A DNA stretch of 64,000 nucleotides, taken from the NCBI RefSeq assembly GCF_964204865.1, contig NC_135257.1, positions 14,136,001 through 14,200,000 of the forward strand, written 5' to 3'. Source of the DNA: Styela clava. Taxonomy: Eukaryota. The position numbers were made by a program, and so were the translations under genes. Below are positions 57,250 through 64,000 of the stretch, in pieces (within the stretch, counting starts at the first letter, position 1; the number at the start of each line of letters is the position of its first letter). The notes under the pieces are model-generated. The model ran no database searches. It was not told where the DNA came from and saw nothing but the letters and a program-made list of their open reading frames with translations.

Positions 57250-57950
57250 GCTTAGCCGAGGGATATAAAGAGTCAAATTTGTAATGCCTATCTGTACTCT
57301 TTTTGAAAGTATTTCTCGAAGTCTCGCCTCTGGGAGAATCTGAATAGAGTCCAGAATACTGATGGATTTACTGATGCTTAGTTTTTGCTCTCTGGGATAA
57401 TCAAACATGGAGGCCTTGTTTCGAACCTTCTAAAGAGGTGTTGAATAGAATTTTTTGTAAGAGGCTTTTCTGTGAAGTACAGCTATAAAGGCCAGACGTC
57501 AGCGCTGATAGGGAGGGCACCTCTCGCTGATAGGGACGGCGCCTTGCGAGAGGTCTTCAAAAATATACCGCAGTTTAGTTTGCTATGGCCATATTCGAAG
57601 GAGATTTTAGCACGTTTGACTGGGTATATATTACCGCCGGATACACGGTCCGAAACCGGCAATCTGACCTAAGATCGTTTTCTATATCCGTGTTTTTGAG
57701 AGCATGATGCGGACATTTCCTTCGTCTACTGTAGCCTATTTTCGGCGTAGGTTGATAGTATCACTAAATAAAGGACATAGATTACATCGGGAAAATAATT
57801 TTTATTTCGTGGTGTGCGATTTGTTCTGTGTATATGAACAGGCACTATATAGTACCCGGGGTTGTCCGAAACTATTCGAATACTGTTCAACTAATTTCAG
57901 AATAATGGAAACTTCTCGCCGCCAGCAAGGTGTTTAATTTTCGAGGGAGA
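57250..57950 (-). mobile_element. Possible decayed tyrosine-recombinase (DIRS-like) retroelement fragment
   Basis: GC-richer island. Stop-riddled translation FSDTINLRRK*ATVDEGNVRIMLSKTR..IYPVKR ... HLFRR loosely follows the YR RxSD..L / SKTD / CPV / HxxR motif order. Confidence 0.3.
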
Positions 57951-58277
57951 TCTTCAAACGATTTTCCGCGTTTTGCAGGTGTTGTTATGACGATGGAATG
58001 TGCATTTTTGACTCGCGGCCCATATTGTTGCAAAATTACTGCACGGTTGCAATGCTAGCCTTCCACTAAATTTATGCCTTCATTTCCAGTTACGTCGGAA
58101 AATTGAGAATTAGGTAAAGCCGTAAAAACCAAACGCACTCCTTTTTAAAAAGCCGTCCAACAAAGCGTTTACTCCAGCCAATGCCACACTATCGGTTCTG
58201 CACTTTCAGGGCGAAAGTAAAATAAATCTTTGAGGAAATATTGTATACTTATGAATGTAGCGTGTTACACACAATTC

Positions 58278-58490
58278 GGTACTCCCGTAGTATATGTATC
58301 AGGTTAGTGTTAGGCCATAACTTTATTCCGATTCTTCTTGTTTTAGTTCTGTTACGAATTCAGGGAATGTCTGTGTTAGCCAAGTGAATATCCCCCTGCC
58401 CATAGGTTTCAGTTCCTTTACACAACTTGATGTGAAGTAGGCGAACAAAATTAGTTACCTTCATATTAGTACACATACTTCTGGAGCGCC
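58278..58490. mobile_element. GG..CC (Merlin-like) MITE variant
   Basis: GGTACTCCCGTAGTAT..CATACTTCTGGAGCGCC; TSD CACAATTC/CGCAATTC; internal GGTTAG.GTTAGGCCATAA. Confidence 0.75.
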
Positions 58491-58570
58491 CGCAATTCAG
58501 TATAATTCTTAAAAACGATTGGTCAAATTAATGTGGAGTAATTTCAAACATGGTGGCGATTCGCATAGAT

Positions 58571-58954
58571 CAGGGGTCGGCAACCTACGGCCCGCGGAGC
58601 AATATAATCCGACCCGCGGCGCTTCACTGAATTATAGTAACGAATTATAGCTGTTTTGTCGATTATATTTTTTACGCAAAAATAATACGTGTAGACTAAA
58701 TTATATTATAACGTAACAACTATTTTTTCACAATTATTTAGACAAATGGCAACAAAACGCAGAAAAGTTGATGCTAAGTGCAAAGGGTTTAATGGCGTAA
58801 AAAATATTCAAATGGTCAGCCTTCGCGCGCTGCTCAAAATTTAACTTCTGATCTGTGTGATAAAATGTGATTCATCGGCCATCCATTCGATTTTTAACAT
58901 TCTAAAAATATGTGCGGTTTTGACCCGCGAGCAACAAAAGGTTGCCGACCCCTG
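58571..58954. mobile_element. hAT (Charlie-like) MITE
   Basis: TIR CAGGGGTCGGCAACCT / AGGTTGCCGACCCCTG; TSD GCATAGAT/GCATAAAT. Confidence 0.92.
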
Positions 58955-60188
58955 GCATAAATCCAACCAATGTCAGATACTAAATAAGTTGTGTTCATGC
59001 GCTTTGTTACGATACCCAATAAATTATCGCAAGTGGGAAAACAAAAGTTGGTTTATTCGAAAATTTAAAATTTTTTTTTTACCTTTTCCACTTTTTGGCA
59101 TTTAATATTGATAATAATTGTTAGAAGAATCGACTTTTCAGAGGATGATTTTTTGTTGCGTAAAATATTCAATCCGTGACCGATACAGCCTTTATAATGT
59201 CTTACCTTATGAATTTAATTCTGTTCAACGTAGCTCATTGTTGCGTCAACTTGGAAAAAATAAAAGCAACATTACCACAGCAAAAGAAAACGAATGAAAT
59301 GTGTAAAAAAGTTTGTATTACAAGCAATAGCTGGGTTTTATGCCTCACAAAGCACATAAAGTTATAATTTCCAGTCGGAAGAACGACAACGACATCCACA
59401 CACACATAAATGATAAAATGTCTGGTTTTTCTTTATATGCATATATTGGAATGGTCATCTAGCTTTACTAAAACTATCAAAAGTTTTGTAATACTTCCCG
59501 CCTGTGTTTATTTATTAGTAATCAAACAATTTTATGTTAAATACTTGCTTTCTTGGGATACCGTTCACTGCCTATAAATATTTGCTATTTTAGGATGTGG
59601 TTGAGAAATTATTGACACCTGTCGAATACATTTCCGTTTTATCAGCAGGTGAATCCGAAAAAAAGTTTACAAAATCTTTCCCGACTCCAGTTCTTTATAC
59701 TTAAAAGTTTTTAACTATATATATATATACATTTATTCCGAATAACTTGAATGGGTTCCGAATTTACATTTGGGCCAATCACGTCATCAAGATTACCATT
59801 AGGCACAGTTCAATCGTGAATTAATAACTGTCAAGAGGCGAGCGTAAGAAGTTCTCTATTTTCCATCTTGTGGAGTGAAAATAGATCAATATGCGAGGCA
59901 ATTGATTTCCTTCAAATTACAGGACAGATTTAGGATAGTACCAACTAGTCGGTGTTTGTGCGTATTCAACGACTTAGGTCCAAACAGTGGTTTATATCAA
60001 TGGCGTGGATTTATTGCACTTTGCGTATCTTCATTTTGGCATAAATTGTAGCTGAACGGAGAATATTTTCCATCTGGATAAAGAAAAACTGAAAGCTGAA
60101 AGAAATATTATTTGAACTCTGATAGAAATCTGGATTATTTTGATCAAAAGAATTACTGTTTCATTTTCTTTTGTTGGATTATTATATA

Positions 60189-60839
60189 TTGTCGGATGAG
60201 AACAGAACAGGCCTAAGTCACAATTTTTAGTTTGGAGAAAAACGCAAAAACAATTTGGAATTTTTTTATTTTTGAATTTCTAGATATTCACACTTAGTAA
60301 AGACCTGAGCTCTGGTTATTTTAATATGGGTGAGAATATCTTTGTAGTCAATATTTTTTGGCACTTCAGCTTCAATTCCTTCCTGCTTTTTTACCCCCAT
60401 AAAGGATTTTATCCCATTCTGTTCTCACCAACTTCTGAAATTTTTTGTATGGGATGCAAGGTAAAACAAGGTGACTTAGGCCTAAGTTGCACTGAACAAA
60501 TTTTTAGAGATGTATGTTTCGGACATTTCATTTCTGATGTTCATGCCCATCATATTAGAACTTAGGACTATCTTTTTTCAATATTTTGAGGTTTTGAGCC
60601 ATGCTCTACAAGGTGGTAGTCTTGAAATCCTGAATTTCGCAATAATAAAAATTTTAGCTGGACGTAGGCCCGTTCTGTTCTTGAATATTTTAGTTTAAGT
60701 CCAGCTAAAATTTTTATTATTGAGAAATTCAGGATTTCAAGAACACCACCTTGTAGAGCATGGCTCAAAACCCCAAAATATTGAAAAAAGCCAATTTTTC
60801 AAAAATGGGACTTAGGCCCCTTCTGTTCTCATCCGGTGA
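60189..60839. mobile_element. TA-flanked TIR element with an internal ~95-bp palindrome
   Basis: TIR ..CGGATGAGAACAGAA..GGCCTAAGTC; internal inverted repeat 60572-60663 versus 60699-60790. Confidence 0.8.
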
Positions 60840-61643
60840 TATATGTACTTGTGTAGTGGTATGTATATATATATATATATATGTTAATTCTTGTCGTGGT
60901 GGTAAGAAATATATTAAGTAAGCTGACAATTATCAAGAGTTAGGATGCATGCACAATACCATAGTGGCCTATAACTCAAATGTGCGAGCTACATAAAACA
61001 AATTTTCGTTAATATTCAAAAAAGAACTATAAATGCATATAATACGGTCAGTTGTGCTAGAATGTAAGTAATGGCTAGAGGGTGGGTACAGTAAGAGGGG
61101 CAAGGGTGAAATATACAAAACCGTTTATACAAGGGTGTTTATAAGAAAAGATAATCCTACATCAGATACACGGGATATATGCATATTGATAAAAGCGAAC
61201 TGAGTGTAAACACAGCGTCCTTGAACGTTGATACCGTATGAAATAAGTCGAGGTAGGTAAAGAATAAGAGCGAGAGATGGATGTTTTCTTTTTTATACTT
61301 AATCGTTCGTACAATTCTGTTTAGTAGATCAAACGAGTACGACAAATGATTATTTATGCTCGTTTTTAATTTCACCACAATAAAAGCTATAACACTGTTA
61401 GGTGACGCAATTTGCATCCGTTCCGCGGCGAGTACGACATGAGTCATTTTCTTTGAAGATAATTTGATATCCCGGGAGAGAACGAATGTGTGAAATAGAG
61501 TCTGCCTCAAGAGAATCACATGAGGCTTTTAACGCAAAAGACAATTGAAATTTAGATAGAGCTTATGTCTCGCCGCGCTATTAGAAAAATTGAAACAGTT
61601 ATTAGAGATTTTGTGTTACGTTTGGACGCAACCGTGAGCATCA

Positions 61644-62345
61644 TCTGACATTCCCCGCAGGTAAGTAACAGATACCCTTTACATTCTGGAGAAGTCGATA
61701 TATGCTTCCTATTTACCGAAAGATGACAACGTAACTTGTTGTATACGCATGATGCAATTGCATGATAATTCAAGTTATTTGCTAAGTAAATTTACAGTAA
61801 TAGTCAGTCAGCGCTAAAAGTGCTGGCATTGTTATAATATTACATCCCAAGTGTGGCTAGGGTCGCCTTAAAAGCCTTGATGATATGAACCCACTTCAGT
61901 GATAATAGCCAATTAGTATCGAGAAATGAGCGTTTAATAACATAGATCAGAGAGTGGTGCGAAGAGTATTGTTGTTGATGCTCAATTTCCGACATTCTGA
62001 CATTCCCCGCAGGTAAGTAACAGATACCCTTTACATTCTGGAGAAGTCGATATATGCTTCCTATTTACCGAAAGATGACAACGTAACTTGTTGTATACGC
62101 ATGATGCAATTGCATGATAATTCAAGTTATTTGCTAAGTAAATTTACAGTAATAGTCAGTCAGCGCTAAAAGTGCTGGCATTGTTATAATATTACATCCC
62201 AAGTGTGGCTAGGGTCGCCTTAAAAGCCTTGATGATATGAACCCACTTCAGTGATAATAGCCAATTAGTATCGAGAAATGAGCGTTTAATAACATAGATC
62301 AGAGAGTGGTGCGAAGAGTATTGTTGTTGATGCTCAATTTCCGAC
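61644..62345. repeat. Apparently identical 350-bp tandem duplication
   Basis: 61644-61993 equals 61996-62345 by eye, joined by a 2-nt linker AT. Confidence 0.95.
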
Positions 62346-64000
62346 TCGAGCTAATTGTAATGTATAGAAACAGGCACGGATCCGTTAAAATGATAACATA
62401 TTGCTTGTTTGATATTTGAAATTTTCTAGTCTTTGTTATGTAAAAGTACCGCTTCCGGTTTTTCTCAGTGGTCATGTATCGGGTTGTGAAATTTTTAAAA
62501 TGGTCGTAGTATGCACAATGGTTGACAATAACATAAGAAACAAAACGATTAAATAATTTTAAAGCAACACACCTTTCTTCCGGGTAACATCTTACCTAAC
62601 TTTTTAATTCATCGATTCCGAAAAGATGAGAAATGAACAATGCTGTTTAAAAGTGTATATCTTTTAACCTAATAATCTATGAATGTAAGTTTTATTCCAA
62701 ATTACAATCCGACCATCCATATAGTGCGGTATGATGTTGAACGAGAAAGCTTGTATTTATCAAGACTGGTATTTTGTGTACTTCTGTTGCCGTGTGGTTC
62801 AGGCCATTTATTTAAAACGGCCAGCACACCATGACCTCGCATCGCTGATAAACAAATACCCAATGCTAGAGAAACTGTAATTAAATATTCCAACAAACCT
62901 CTCAATTTACAAACCTCACAGCGGCAATGTGGACAATGAACATGTGCGAGACGCTGGCTAAAACATTCCAGTAATCCCAGTGTGAGTGAATAAATTCTTT
63001 CATCGCGTTTTTACCAACCAAATGCGCCGTGACATTGAAAACATTTTCGCTTAGCATATGTTATTTAGTGTCTTTTTGATTTACCGTAAAACAAAAACTT
63101 ATGTTATATGTTGTTAAGGCAGTGATGGTGGTTGATCTAATTGATTATTTTATTCTGTCGCCACGTGACAGAAGGCTAAACGTTGGTTGATTTATTTCAC
63201 CCATTTGTTTTGTTTATTCACTGAAATTTGAGCTGCTGACTGTCATGATTTATACATTTCCCTTACATGACTCAGGCTGTGAATGGCTTTTAGCACGAAA
63301 GTGCCTATCGATGCCCAAATGGATGTATTTAGGATTCAGCATTTTGGATTGTCATCTGGCAAATGCCTCGAATATGCGTAAACCTCTCACTGATGTAATT
63401 TTTGAAAAAAAAATAGTAAAGGCGTTCTTCAAAATCGAATAGTTCATTTTGATCGTAACTTTGCGAAGTAGACTCAATAAGTCATGAACTCAAACCGAAA
63501 TCCGCGTTGACCCACGACCTCGGCAAAAGCACTATGAGCATTATATAAGTTGAAATACTTTTACCCCATTTCAAAATAACTTTGTAATATTACAAATGAA
63601 ATCCAGTTAGTCTATTCCTCAGTTGCCAAATCTCTATTATTGCATCTGAACGAAAGTTTGCTATTGTTGAATTGGAAGTATGAAAATGGGAAAAGAGACT
63701 AGTTATAGAATATAGATACAGTTGTTTTTATTCAAGATTAATATGACCAAATATATCGTTTATTGCTTTGGGTACGTAAGACGTTCATTCCAATTGCGCA
63801 CTGATCGTAATGATTCACGTTGTTTCGTTTTACGCAGTATATGCGACGGATATGAGCTGTAGCAAAACACACAATATTTACTTTAAACTAAAGGTTATTA
63901 CATGTTTCTGCCAGATCAAATCATTCTCGGAATGGTTATAAAGCATGGCTTTGAGCGGGAAACATTTCAACATTTCAATCCAATGCTTCGGATTATTCAA

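Noticed and set aside
61157-61519. 120-aa minus-strand ORF
   Set aside because: GTG start, no recognisable motif or splice structure.

Overview
AT-rich eukaryotic nuclear DNA with short GT-AG introns, chordate-like proteins and same-strand genes packed almost without spacers. By inference this is most likely a tunicate (ascidian). Hand-built gene models: a frameshifted intronless SNRPG copy, a small single-TSP1 secreted/GPI-type protein, a myristoylated CCDC198/STMND1-like protein (minus strand), EIF3J, a cathepsin D-like aspartic protease (one GC-AG intron, an extra CxxGC mini-exon), a C15orf61-TYW3 pair, an unrecognised 10-exon 161-aa protein with two AKAP-like helices, and a ZNHIT1 / 436-aa coiled-coil ORF / CNOT10 cluster. 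Introns and intergenic DNA hold many non-autonomous transposons (hAT MITEs with 8-bp TSDs, GG..CC Merlin-like MITEs, TA-flanked TIR elements, Helentron/DINE-like elements, a SINE), a decayed pogo-type transposase, a minisatellite and a 350-bp tandem duplication. Most notable are the candidate operons (including an 11-nt ZNHIT1-to-ORF junction with a TAATG stop-start) and the candidate membrane-anchored tandem AKAP. All models were read by eye; no database searches were run.
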